This document shows positions 1 through 11,800 of a stretch of DNA of 64,000 nt, piece by piece. Position 1 is the first letter of the stretch. Every line of letters begins with the position of its first letter. The translations under genes and the position numbers were made by a program. Origin of the DNA: Entomortierella parvispora E1425 (Eukaryota; Fungi; Mortierellomycota); NCBI GenBank assembly GCA_020891255.1, contig BQFW01000010.1, positions 372,001 to 436,000 of the forward strand, in the 5' to 3' direction. A model generated the notes under the pieces. The model made no database searches. It was not told the DNA's origin and saw only the letters and a list, made by a program, of their open reading frames with translations.

Positions 1-61
1 ATCACTTTCTCCCCGCTAGAATTTGTGCCAGAAAGATATCCGTTAGAATGTGATTCACGTT

Positions 62-2335
62 TCAAAAATAGAAAAAAAAAAAAAAAAAAGAAAGAGGTAA
101 GGGGATAATCGTTTTCCTTACGTGTGAAAAGTGACATTCCTGGCAAGCACTGATAGTACCGAGACCCACAGCATTAAAATATCGTTTTCTGAGGGCTGTT
201 TTTTTCCGAAGGGGGGCTTGGTGACAAATTTGCAGCTGTAGCCAAAACGTTATTCGGTCAGAACATTGGCGACACAGTTGTGTCCATTTCAAGAAAGCTC
301 ACTCAAGGAAACAGTCAAAGAGTTGGCATTTTTGAGGGTCACTTACAGTATCAGGAGAACTTGGAGAGTTCTGTCGGTCAGATCGGCGGATATAGGCAGG
401 ACATCCTCGTTTGAATATTCTTCGTAGAGTTTCCCCAAATCCTGCGCAGCACGCCTTGATAATTGATGAACACCTTTGTCTACAAGAACATCCTCGTATT
501 TTTTCAATATCCCAGTGGCAGGATAGTCATCCATCCTTTGGATTTCACAGAGACGACGTGCTCTTGGAATGATGTTGGGATCCAATTGGTCAAAGAATGA
601 ACATGTGCGTCCAGATATAGTGTTGATGAGGCAAGACATCGCTACCCTATTCTCGAGATTGAGATAGAAGCGATTGTTTAAAATTACCCCACCAATTTCA
701 ATTGTCAAAAAAAAAAAAACTTCACTTACTGTGCATCTTTCATAAGCATATCTCTCTCTTTGATAGGCTGGTTCACATATATCCTGAGAGTTTCCACGGC
801 GTGTTGGAACAAGAGATTGTGGATATGGGGCATGGTCGGTTGTTCAGCTGGGAAGTTGATATCCGTCTCGCCGTTCACCTAAGGACCGATATTCACAGAT
901 CAGTCAGCACCAGGAAAACTACAAATTTCTAGATGTCAAAGTTTGATACTTACGATCTTTATCAAGCAGCGCATGAGAGACTGCCAAGGTTCTTCCGTCT
1001 CAACAATGCTTCCTTTTCTTTTTCGTTTTGGCGATAAGGCCCCTGCTGTCGAGGTAGTGGATGATGCAGCAGATACAGGAGTCGAAGACGACGACGATGA
1101 CAAAGAAGATGGTGTCTGCAGTTGAGATGATGTTGACGCTTTCGTTGTCACTACTGGTGTTAGAGATGGTCTCGAATCTAATCGGCTCAAAGTCGCCGTT
1201 TCTACTATGGCCCAATCCAACATCACCACCAATAAAAGAATGTATTAATAACATGGCCTCTTGCTCAACCGAGCCACCCAATTAATGGCACGAGGGGAAA
1301 GCCAATGCAGCTCAACTCACCAGATGAATTTTCTCCCCTAAGGTTCAATAAACTCGCCTCACCATCTCCCTCATCATTTGCGTTTCCTCCCGACTTGTGG
1401 ATTGGAAGGGAGCCTATCAGGGAATCAAAAACGTTAGGGCCAGGCTTATCGAGTTGTGCATGTGGTGGTCAACATTCAAATACACAACGACATTGTATGG
1501 TGTGTAAGAGGAAATAATGGCCCAGCACTTACATTTTTTGTGCGCTTGATAGAACTCATCAAGTTGGCGCTGTGCCAGAGCCGTAAGGTGGGACGTAGAG
1601 CTTCCGTGGTGTAGTTTAGACTATTGAGCATTTTTGGATATAGCGGGTGACAATTTTCGATTCCAAAGGGTCAAAGACAGTTAGTAAGTATGAGCCGACA
1701 AAATCATATGTAGCGCATATGGTTCTTCGTCTACCTCTTCACGACCAGCGAGGTCAAGTCCTCTGGTGGTTTTTTGTTGCTCGAGTAACGACTTGTTTTT
1801 AGCCTGTACCAGCTTGAGCCTTTCCTCCTCTAGATAAGAGTACTCATAAGTGCCTTGCCGTGCCATATGTGTAGATTTTAACCAAATGAACAAAACCCTT
1901 ACCAATATCTGCTCGCGCCTCATCCACCAAAAGGCTCTCTGCATCCTCAAGGCGGATATCTGCGGTCACCTTCAAACGCTCAAGTCTCCGTTTTCTCCGT
2001 TCGTTGTCATCCTCCTCATTTTCCTTTCTCCCCAGATCTTTCCAGAACTTGCACCGGTCTCCTTTTTTAGAGTACCACTCTCTCGCCAAACGACGGCCAG
2101 CATCTGCTAGTGACTCCACACTGCTTGACCGCAGTCGACGTATAACGCTGTTGTTCCAGGTATCCTCGATCTCAATGCGATCGCTACTTGAAGGGTTGAG
2201 GGCAGTCAAATACTCCACGAAATCGAAGTATTCAGGCCTTTCCTTAGATATAAAGTAGCCAGAGTTTGGGAGACCTTGAACAAGTTTCCGCCACGAAGCA
2301 GCTTTGATCGGCTTCCGTATACTAGAGCTCGACAT
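62..2335 (-). CDS. Hypothetical multi-exon protein, possibly degenerate; probably continues beyond the window start
   Basis: Protein-like minus-strand ORF segments (1844-2335, ~1700-1830, 936-1232, ~730-885, 343-708) are separated by GT..AG intron-like gaps. No domain recognised. Confidence 0.45.
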
Positions 2336-2919
2336 TGTGCAAGACAGAAATATATGATCCTAAACAGACGATACACCATAGTTAGGACAGTTGATCTGTC
2401 TAGGAATAGCAATCCCGACAGAAAAGTCTGCTATGGTTTCCTGGCAGGTTGTCAGCATCTCGCAAAGCGACTGAAAGCGACATTGCTTTGCATCGAGTCA
2501 AGAGTGCTCATCGACATGGAAAAATGGCGAGTGATTTAAATGGATCCTTACAAATTTGCTTGAATAAAACGAGTTCCGAGTTGATAATGATGGAAGGAGT
2601 CCGTTCTGGCGATGGCAAATGAGTGATGCAGGAGTGGTCAAGAGAGCAAAGAATAAAACGCGAAAGGGACGCGCGCGTCCAAGATGAAATGTCCAACACA
2701 ATTTGAGCGGATATAAGTGATGTCACAGTTTTGTTTATCGCTTGTGCTGTTCATCCACCCAGGCTTTATGATGCTCTTTTTCTGTCATCTCCTGACCGAC
2801 TGTCACCACGCCTTGCTACATCATGTTTATACCCACACCCCTTATTGCCGCGTTAATACTCTCCCATTGAAACCTGGGTAATGTATGGTTTTAATCGCTG
2901 GAATGCCTCGTAGTACACT

Positions 2920-3565
2920 GCACTTGACTGGTGAACTGTCTTGACGCCGGGGAGACGGTGCTTCTTTCAGCGCGCTCTCCCAGCCTGCCTCTCACATCGC
3001 TACCCTGCTAGAGTGAGAGGAGGCCTGCCGTTCTGATGGGTTCAAGGGGTGTCTACCTGCCAGGCAACCATAGCAGAGGTTCCTTGTCAGGATAGCTATA
3101 CCCAGCCAGTCGGGGTATGATACGTCGTACCTTTTGTGTAGGACTGGGAAACGTCATGCACGACGGGGAAACGGTGCCACCTTCAGCGCGTTTTCCCAGC
3201 TGGCATCTCACACCGCCATACTGCAAGGGTGAAAACAGCATGTCGTTATGACGAGTTCAAAGACTGTCCTCCTCGCCAGGGGACTTTAGCATCTACCTGC
3301 CAGGCAACCATAGCAGAGGTTCCTTGTCAGCTTAGCACTGCTCGACCAGTCGGGGCATGGATTGCCATGCCTTTTGTGGACTGGCGAACTGTCTTGACGC
3401 CGGGGAGGCGTTGCCTCTTTCAGCGCGCTCTTCCAGCTTGCCTCTCACATCGCTACCCTGCTAGAGTGAGGGGCGGCCTGCCGTTCTGATGGGTTCAAAG
3501 GGTGTCTACCTGCCAGGCAACCATAGCAGAGGTTCCCTGTCAGGATAGCTATACCCAGCCAGATC
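2920..3565 (+). repeat. Tandem array of three ~215-240 nt units (A-B-A') with covarying hairpins; candidate structured ncRNA
   Basis: A 39-nt core TCTACCTGCCAGGCAACCATAGCAGAGGTTCC(T/C)TGTCAG starts at 3052, 3292 and 3505. Hairpins keep pairing across substitutions between units. A poly-T run follows the array. Strand is not established. Confidence 0.85.
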
Positions 3566-3820
3566 TTTTTTTTTTTTTGTTACCCGCATGATATTATGGA
3601 GGCAGAAAAACGAGAAACTCAGTCTTTTTTTTTTTTTCTCACTTCGCCTAGGATCGGATACCTGTGTCGTTGGTGCAATATTGAAGGAAAGGCAAAGAGA
3701 AAGACAAAGGGACACGCTGGATGACAACACTTGAGAAGAACAATCAATGAAATAAACAGCGTCCCCAGGAAGGGCATTTCACAATGAGGAGAAGCAAACC
3801 TTGTGCAAGCATGCATGCAT

Positions 3821-3846
3821 GGACCCATGGACCCATGGACCCATGG
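3821..3846. repeat. Short tandem repeat (CATGGACC)x3
   Basis: Read directly upstream of the F-box gene at 3932. Confidence 0.85.
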
Positions 3847-3931
3847 AGTGTGGGCACGGTGCTTTTGCGCGCCATTTTGATTTTTGAATTGTTAACTCCA
3901 CTTCTCCTGATTCGCCCATTGCCGCCTCAAC

Positions 3932-5356
3932 ATGACTGACTGCTCGACTTCATCTCATGCTCCCTCACCACCGTCCATGTTCATTCCAGAGCTGCGTCTC
4001 GAGGTTGCGGCGTACTTCCAACTGCGGGACCTCTGTGCTTGTGCGCTGGTCTGCAGGGCCTGGAATGACTCGTATACCCCTCTTCTCTACCACATGATCA
4101 ACGACAAGAACGTGACGTCTCCTGGTGTCAAGCGCCACTGTGTCCATGCCCGCACTTTGAATCTCGTCGTAGGCAGTTCCAGAGTGGAGAACCTCCTTGC
4201 GGGACCCACTGTCGGGCTGAAGGAGATGGATATCACCGACAAGTGGGTCTTCCATGGGCTGATTCCTTCGAATTGGGTCATATTGCTTCAACAGAACACA
4301 GGGCTCGTCAGACTGACATTGCGAATGATGCGACCCAGTACCATGGATGCCATTGTCTCTCTCTGTCCAAACCTACAAGAACTCTCCATTCACGACCACC
4401 GAGTTCAACCCTCCAGACGAGATATCACCGGTCCCGACACTTCCCTCAGGAGGATTTGCCTTGGACTGACTCACCTTTTGTTGGCCTTTACTGCTTCGCC
4501 CAAGTCTTCAAGACAAGGTGACTATGAACAGGAAGAGTACCCTGTCAAACGACACCTAACTATTGGCGCTTTGCGACTTGCTGGCAAGGATCAATTGCAA
4601 CTTTTGGCTGCGCGTACAAACATGGAGACTTTGGACAACGACTGGCAACGAGCTGTTGCTGGTGATGCGGGCTCTGGTTTGGACTTGAACCTTTCCACCC
4701 GTCTCTTTCAGTCTCTCCCCAAGCTGCGGGAACTTGAAATCAACGTGCCGTTATCATTGTATCCAGGATCACTTGGACAGAATTGGACTCGTGGCGTGAT
4801 AGGGGGGCTCCCCCTATTGAAAGAATACATTGATCCAGAGTCTAGACCCCTTGATGATACAGAGGGACTAGTCGAGGGACCCTTGTCGAGACACTTTGGA
4901 ACTTTGACGGTGTTGAATATTCGAGGGTGGAAAGAGGTGACAAGTGAAAACAATCACCTCATCTTGACTTCCTGTCCTGGCTTACGGGAGTTTTCGTCCA
5001 AAGACTATCGCATCGGAGACATCTCTTGGGCCTCTCCAAGTGCCTTTGATCCTAAATCGGGGCCCCTGGGCTGGGTTTGTACGCTTCTCTCCGAGATCTC
5101 ACTCGAGTTCACCCACGAGACCCCAGAGAGGAGTCGACTCATGTTTGATCAGCTGTGTTGTATGAAGAAACTTGCGTGCGTGAACTTGCAAGGACCCAAA
5201 TCAGGACTCGATCCGATCCTTATTCAATGGGATGACGACGTCCCTGCTAGATTCTGGAGAAAGGGTCCTTCAATCTTGAACAATAATGTGAAGGCAACTA
5301 ACCAGTGGATACGAGCGATCTGGCCAAAGATGAGATCCTTCTCCACGTATGTCTGA
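3932..5356 (+). CDS. F-box / LRR (RNI-like) protein
   Basis: 474-aa ORF. N-terminal F-box-like IPELRLEVAAYFQLRDLCACALVCRAW, degenerate LxxLxL repeats, and C-terminal GWVCTLL...FDQL...W..L motif shared with other genes in the window. Confidence 0.8.
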   Translation: MTDCSTSSHAPSPPSMFIPELRLEVAAYFQLRDLCACALVCRAWNDSYTPLLYHMINDKNVTSPGVKRHCVHARTLNLVVGSSRVENLLAGPTVGLKEMDITDKWVFHGLIPSNWVILLQQNTGLVRLTLRMMRPSTMDAIVSLCPNLQELSIHDHRVQPSRRDITGPDTSLRRICLGLTHLLLAFTASPKSSRQGDYEQEEYPVKRHLTIGALRLAGKDQLQLLAARTNMETLDNDWQRAVAGDAGSGLDLNLSTRLFQSLPKLRELEINVPLSLYPGSLGQNWTRGVIGGLPLLKEYIDPESRPLDDTEGLVEGPLSRHFGTLTVLNIRGWKEVTSENNHLILTSCPGLREFSSKDYRIGDISWASPSAFDPKSGPLGWVCTLLSEISLEFTHETPERSRLMFDQLCCMKKLACVNLQGPKSGLDPILIQWDDDVPARFWRKGPSILNNNVKATNQWIRAIWPKMRSFSTYV

Positions 5357-5620
5357 CAACAGTTTGTCACATTTATTTCACAGACTTCAAGAAAATAAAG
5401 CTGGCATGATTTTTATGATCTCCAAAGCGAAAAACTGGCGCCACGCCAACCTTCCTTTTTTTGTATCAGAAAGGCATGCGACAAGCCATACATCCAACCA
5501 ACGACCATTGTTCTGTGCACAATCTGTGCTTTTGCCTCAAATCCACATCTTCACATCTTGAGTACCAATCAACTGACAAATATTGAATATCCTTGCTGTT
5601 GTTAATCGTGCTATCGGAGA

Positions 5621-7429
5621 TCAATATCGGGGTCCATCCTCCAATTGAAGTTTCGGTCTGTTCTCTTTCATGTAATCCACAAAGGCCTCGTTTCCTTTAG
5701 GGTAGACAGAATAAAGCTCCTTCAGGTGAGGCCAATATCGGATCATCATTCTAGCATCGCGTGCGGTTAATGGCACCTCGGGCAAGAACCCCAGATCGAC
5801 TTCCTTCAGCTTTGTCAAACTGCTGAGGAGTGTCCAGCTGGCTTCGGGTGCAAATCCGGTCTCCATGATGTTTTTGTAATCGGCGGAATATAGCCTTCCA
5901 AAGTACAACTTCCGAAGATTCGTTAAGGCGCCGATTTGGGTCATGAGGGCCTGCTGAGCTTCCAAAGGAGAGTATCGAGAGCTACCGTCGCATTTCGGGA
6001 TAAAATAGAGCTCTTGGAGATTTCGACAAACCCACGGTGTCTGCTGAAGGACTTCCGGATCAAAGATGACGGGATCTCCGGATACGTCAAAGAATCCTAA
6101 ACCGTGAAGAGTGCTCAGGATAAGGTGAACGACGTGATCTTCCTCCACCTGAGTACATTCAGAGAGACATACATATCGCAGGGTGTGCGAGTGGGTAGGA
6201 GTGAGGAATTGCACCAAGGAACGGTCAAGCTGCACGTGGAAAAGCCGAAGATCAAATAAACCGGCTGGGATGCTTCGTACAATAAAGGCTGTGATGTCAC
6301 CAGAGAACCTGTACAGGACTAGATGCCCCAAACAATGAAAGCCTGAAGTAAATGACGGCGCTTTCTCATGCTGTATTTCAGTCATATCTAATAAGAGATC
6401 CACAAGACGAGGCAATTGGCTCGCAAAGAGAAAAGCATCTTTCCAACTTTGTCCCACAGTGCGCGAGATGTACAGTTTCTTTATGGCCGATGTGCAATTT
6501 TCAGAAATTATCCCTGACGGCAAACGGTCTTTTTCAACTTCATCTCCGGTGATAGAGCCTTGAATCATCGAGCAGTCCATCATAGTTTTATCCTGTCGAA
6601 CTTCAGCTTGGCTGAAGGTGACTTCATATAGACAAAGCTCTTCAAGAGCAGGCGCATTGCTCAATAAAACTCGAAGGAAGGAATGGTCTACTCGGCATCC
6701 AGTCAAGCCTACTTCTACAAGGCGTGGCCAGCGAGGTGTAGGTGATCGACGATACCTCAACAGGCCTGATGATGGTGGCACCTCATCGCCTAATCTTGAA
6801 TTTAGAGAAGAGCTGGACGTCCCACTCGTTTTCGGATGAAGTGCTGACCCCAACTCCAGCTGCGGCGACCATCGATAACAGTGACCGTTAGAATAATCCC
6901 TTGGGTGCAGCCGTAACTTTTCCAAGAGCGTTGATTTCTCCACGATCATGATATAGAGCCGATCGAGTCGAGGGTTATACCTCTCCCGTCCAGTTGGGTT
7001 TACCCAGGGTCCATTGTACTCAATGATTCGGTTCGACAAATAGGGATTCCGAGCACTGTGAAAACCGAGGGCGGCATCTGGGCCATCAATCCTTCGTAGG
7101 ATATTATCAAGATAGCGCCATCTTTTCTTACAATGGTGGTGCTTCATACTATTACAATGGCACTGGATACAGATCGTTCCCCGTAGAAAATCCTCAGAGT
7201 GGTTGAGAGCTGTCCAATCAAGGAATGGCGAAAAGACCTTGTGCCAGGCCACACAGACAAGAGAAGATGCCCAGAGCTCATGCTTCTGCAGATATGTGCC
7301 GATTTCGAACATGATCTCAGGCATGAACAGGACAGGGTTGGGTTGTTGGGCAACTCGTGTGCGCAGCTGAGGAAAGATGGCGCGATGTTCATGAGGATTT
7401 TCTTCTGCGGCTGCAGTCATAAAATTCAT
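5621..7429 (-). CDS. F-box / LRR protein; paralog of 41906-43774
   Basis: F-box MPEIMFEIGTYLQKHELWASSLVCVAW, LRRs and a PWVCRNLQEL motif. Start placed at the MNFM ATG (7429). Confidence 0.8.
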   Translation of the reverse strand: MNFMTAAAEENPHEHRAIFPQLRTRVAQQPNPVLFMPEIMFEIGTYLQKHELWASSLVCVAWHKVFSPFLDWTALNHSEDFLRGTICIQCHCNSMKHHHCKKRWRYLDNILRRIDGPDAALGFHSARNPYLSNRIIEYNGPWVNPTGRERYNPRLDRLYIMIVEKSTLLEKLRLHPRDYSNGHCYRWSPQLELGSALHPKTSGTSSSSLNSRLGDEVPPSSGLLRYRRSPTPRWPRLVEVGLTGCRVDHSFLRVLLSNAPALEELCLYEVTFSQAEVRQDKTMMDCSMIQGSITGDEVEKDRLPSGIISENCTSAIKKLYISRTVGQSWKDAFLFASQLPRLVDLLLDMTEIQHEKAPSFTSGFHCLGHLVLYRFSGDITAFIVRSIPAGLFDLRLFHVQLDRSLVQFLTPTHSHTLRYVCLSECTQVEEDHVVHLILSTLHGLGFFDVSGDPVIFDPEVLQQTPWVCRNLQELYFIPKCDGSSRYSPLEAQQALMTQIGALTNLRKLYFGRLYSADYKNIMETGFAPEASWTLLSSLTKLKEVDLGFLPEVPLTARDARMMIRYWPHLKELYSVYPKGNEAFVDYMKENRPKLQLEDGPRY

Positions 7430-7674
7430 TTTTGTGGAGCACCACGATTGAATGGGATAGAGTAGTGCAAGGTCTTTCCACTGTGGTGGCGGTGGTGATG
7501 GTGGAGAGCGTTGGGGAAGTAAAGAGAAGAGCAAAGAGCAGGCAAAAACGCAATAATGTGGTGGCAAATTGCCACCGTGACTGCTGTTGTCAGCACTTTT
7601 CTCAACGCGCCCCTCCTTTCTTCTTCTGCTCCCAAAACGGTCATCGTGGAGGCAGTCCAGTTTATTTGTGTCCT

Positions 7675-7969
7675 CTATCTACCAGAATACTTGATGCTGT
7701 TGAATGAATCTGGAAGGTTGATTGTTTGACCAGTCAACAGTGTGATATCGTTGCCCTTGCAGTCTTTGGTTGAAAATGCAGTGAGGCCAAAGTTGCCACG
7801 GTTTTCCAGCTGACCGGCTGCAAAGTTCAACGGGATGCATTTTCCTCCTGTGGGATTGGTGATTCTTTGAGATTTGCCAGCGCTGTTCTTGTACTGGAAG
7901 TAGCCAACTACAGCATCCACTTGCTGCGAAAGGCAAAGGAGCAAGAAAGATGATTCTGAACGATGTCAT
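7675..7969 (-). CDS. Small secreted two-Cys protein with a 1-nt frameshift in the signal peptide
   Basis: The ATG at 7969 gives MTSFRIIFLA. A one-base shift near 7940 joins it to LLCLSQQVDA-VVGYFQYKN...GKCIP...KDCKG...SIKYSGR, restoring a signal peptide plus a ~77-aa mature domain. Confidence 0.6.
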
Positions 7970-8875
7970 GTTTTCCCGGTAACCGATTTTTCTCTTTCCT
8001 TTGGTTATGTCGTGAACGTAGCCGTGTGATTATTGAAGTGGGGTGTGGGGACTGTTGTGATAGTTTTGATGGTTGGGCAGCTCTTTCGGATAGGTACGAA
8101 GGTAAGAATCCTTTTTATATGTCAGGCTACTAGGTCGAAAAGAAACGGCTGTCATGAGAAACATAGAGCAAAATCAAGGAGACATTATTTAGCCCAGGAA
8201 AGATCGACACTAGAAAAGGAGGAAGGCTGAAGACCAAAGGAAAAGGGGAGAGGAAAGAAGAGGAGGGGGTGCCACAAGGCCAAGACAAAGAAAAAAAAGG
8301 GCGTCAAACGGGTGAAGGAAAGCAGAAACATAAGGGCTTCCAACTAAGAGAAAAGAAGGGCAGATGGCGCAGAGATCCAGCGAATGAAAAAGATAGAAGA
8401 ACAGTAGAAGATGAGGACCATTCCAAGGAGTAAACATCCTATGGATTGGGAAAGCCAAGATCCACTGCTTTGGATGGTATGGCTAGATATACGTCATTTT
8501 TCTTTTTTTTTTTTTTCATGTTGAGAGTGGACGCTCGAGCGGATACGCTTCGCTACAATTAAAACAGCAGATACAGCAGCAACCTCTCAGTCTTTTTCTC
8601 CTGGTCACCTTGTAGAAGTTCTGATTGACCTACGAGGTCTAATGATGGCAAGGACGCGCCACATCGGATCCTCTGGCTCAGCGCGCAAAAAGTACACAAT
8701 GGTCATCCTACGATACTGCAAAGTCATATCATGAAAATTAAAATGATGAATGTCTTTAGGGAAGAGCCTTTCTTATTTTTTTTTTGTTCATGGTTGTCTA
8801 ATTGAGCTTCAAGAGGATTATTGGCTCCTCTCTTTCACTTTGTAATCCTGAATGTCTCTCCATCCTGTCTCAAAA

Positions 8876-11800
8876 TCAAGATCTCCGCTGCTGTTGGTAG
8901 TGCTGCTGCTGTTGGGACTGGTAAGACTGCGGTGTGAGTGGAGGTGCCGGTGGGGGTGGCGGTCGCGACCCATACCCTTGGGATGAAGGAGAGGGTCCAC
9001 CTGGTCCTCCGTTCATCCCATAGGGTGACATTGTCGGAGATGAGTTGGCACCTGGAGGGCCACTGTGTGCACTTTGTACTGACCGCATGCCTGGCCCCTG
9101 CTGCTGCGCCTTTGAAGACAAGTATCCGTCCGATCGTGCACCGAGGCTACCGCCATGTCCACCGCTCGACTCTCCAGAGTATCCAAAAGAAGCTGAAGAT
9201 GAATGTTGCGCAGGGTATGGGCGCTGTTGTTGATGTGACTGTGATGGTGGTTGCGAAGGCTGGGTATGGTAAGGGTATTGATGCCCTGGTGGGCCTTGCT
9301 GATGTGAGTGTTGTTGCAGTTGCACTGGATGGTGCTGTGGTGGGTGCTGCATCTGGTGCTGCATCTGCTGTTGCGAAAGATGTGGAGGAGGGTAGCCATG
9401 ACCAGGCCCCTCCCTGCTGTCGTACCCTGGTCCTCCAGTAGAAGTTGCGGGTCGACCATTAGGTGCAGGGTATGGCTGCGTTCTTGTTTGTGTGGTGGTG
9501 ACAGAAGGGCGGTCTACCAGAGAAGATGCAGGACCCGGTCTTGAGTAGCTCGAGCCATTTCCTGGACCACTTGATTGTGGGATTGAGTTTGGACCGGTTG
9601 GACGAGCAGGCTGCGTTGGCTGCTGCACCTGAGAAAGAGTCTGAGGGCGAGATTGCTGAGGCGGGGGGTGCTGAGGTGATCCCTGTGTGCCTCCCAAAGA
9701 GTTTGCAGATTGTCCTGGGGATGAAGTCGTAGGAGCTGAGGAGGTGCCTTCCGATGCAATGAGAGTCAACCTCGTATTTTGGTCCGCATCCTGTGTCTTG
9801 ACGGGGCTTTCTGCATTTTTTGATGATCCATACTCTGCTTCAAGATCCTTCACAAGGTCCTCTGGAACTTCCAATTCTGGAAGACTGGCTAGCTTCCGAT
9901 CGATTTCCAAAAACATCGTGTTGAAAAGGTAGAGTAAGGAATCTGAGAGTCGTTCCACAGGTCTCCCGGAGCGAACCAGATTTCCAACACGGCTGTTGAC
10001 TTTTTGGTTCGCCTTGTCCCACACTGGATGGTCGTCAGCGACAACTACGAAAGAGTTTTCGAGGTACCACTGGCTCAGCTTCTTGGTCACCATGGGTAAT
10101 GTCTCTGAGCCTCCAGGTACTAATACGACGCACGACACATATCTCAGGACGTCTTTTTGGCGCTCATTCATGAACGATACCAGCGCCTGGCATCCGAATC
10201 CTGCCGCCAACAAGACGATTCTCCTCGTACTTCCGGTTATTGAAACATAGGTGTCCCAGATGTCCGCCAGCAAAGCCGAGACCTTTTCCTTGAGAGGTAG
10301 CTTATCTTCCTCCGTAGCTGGTTGGTATGGAACCACAATGTCGATCAACTCATTGCCGCCCTTCACGATCTTGTCCACATATTGAGCCACTGTATCTACA
10401 AGAACGGATTTGTCGGGTCGGATAATGTTGATGTTGCCCATTGTCCTAGCACAGAATTCTCCACTAAAGAACAAAAGGTATGAGAAATGTTAGATTCCAA
10501 GATCCTTACACCGTTACGCCTCTCGTTGATAATATTTCAGACAGAGCACTTACATGTTGTGCACAAAAATGTAGATTGGTTTCGTGGAGCAAATGTCTTG
10601 TCTACAGAGCGCGGGGCTTGATTCCGTTAGACAATTTACACACACTATTAAGTACCAAGTCATTGTAATGCAGATCAAAGATGCATAGTCCACAGCCATC
10701 AGACTTACGTGCAGTGAACATTATCCAGATACTCTTCGCTGTAGGAAGGATTTGAAAGAGGCAGCTTGATCATGTTGTGCTGCTGGTACAAGAACTCTGT
10801 CCTGTAGACACTCAACACCTTTGACAGTTCCACGATTGATCTCCCCTCTTTTGAATCTATTTGCAAATGAATATTGCGTCCTATGTTAGCCTCCAACCAA
10901 GATGTCCTGAGAAATAGTTGCAGATGATAACATGTACACAGTACCTTGAAGTGGGTCGATATGCATGGGGGTCAAGCTTCTCCAATATTTTGACTGAACT
11001 TCCATCACCTCATGAATTGTCTGAACACAGACATCATTGGGGATGATGGGCTCCAGCATGCCGATCGGGTCACTCAAGAGAGCTTTGGCACAAGCCAACC
11101 CTGAGATTGCGATCGAGTCCAAGTTGTATCCTCCCTCAAGAGCCAAAATGATTTTGCCTCCAGCTAATGATTTCAACATATGGGTCATATGTCCGTATGC
11201 TGCCGGCGACACCAAGTTCTCTCCAATATGATCACCTATGGTCGAATTGGAAGAGTAATCGTTAAACCTTTGAATCTTTCTTACAGTAACATCAGTCCAG
11301 TCTATTAGTGCATTCGTACCTGCTGCTGCATCAAATCCGGCACTGACGAGAATAAAGTCTGGAGCAAACTCGTACACGATGGGCATAATGATTTTGTTGA
11401 ATGCATATATGTACTCTGAGTCTCCCATGCCCTTGCACGGCCAAGGAATGTTGATATTTCTATGAGTAGATACGAACAACACGAAATCCAGTAAACTTCT
11501 TGGTATTCCTGTTTTCAACTACAAATACAATTATGATTCAAAAAGTTACCTTCCACGCCCCTTGCCTTCGCCAACAGTGGTGTGGGCGCCTGCGACGGGA
11601 TCCCCGGGGTAAAATGTTCCGTCATCGTATCGGTGAATGGAGCAGTATACGACGTCTGGATCATCGATGAAGGCCTTTTGAGTTCCATTTCCATGGTGAA
11701 CATCCCTAAATATTAGCAGTAATATGTTAGTGAGTCAAGTCAATAGGGACCTCAGTCAAACGTTGAGGACTGGTACTGCCATCCGAGCAACTTACCAGTC

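Noticed and set aside
3052-3090. SRP helix-8-like CCAGG...AGCAG, or a CRISPR repeat
   Set aside because: Only 7 nt lie between the motifs, too few for the apical stem and tetraloop. Inter-core regions are ~200 nt and homologous to each other, so they are not spacers.
3165-3190. T-box-like AAGGTGGCACCG and 5S rRNA-like GCACCGTTTCCCCG on the minus strand
   Set aside because: Short matches not maintained in the other units, and the flanking structure does not fit either RNA.
3250-3395. HDV-like ribozyme (TCCTCGC loop; GACTGGCGAA resembling J4/2)
   Set aside because: P3/L3 geometry does not fit, the TCCTCGC insert is only in unit B, and the would-be catalytic C varies (C/T/G) among units.
2936-3489. 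Array as a coding repeat (A vs A' changes mostly synonymous in one plus frame; possible TGA recoding)
   Set aside because: That frame has several TGA/TAG stops and shifts in unit B, and no SECIS was seen. A decayed coding origin is not fully excluded.
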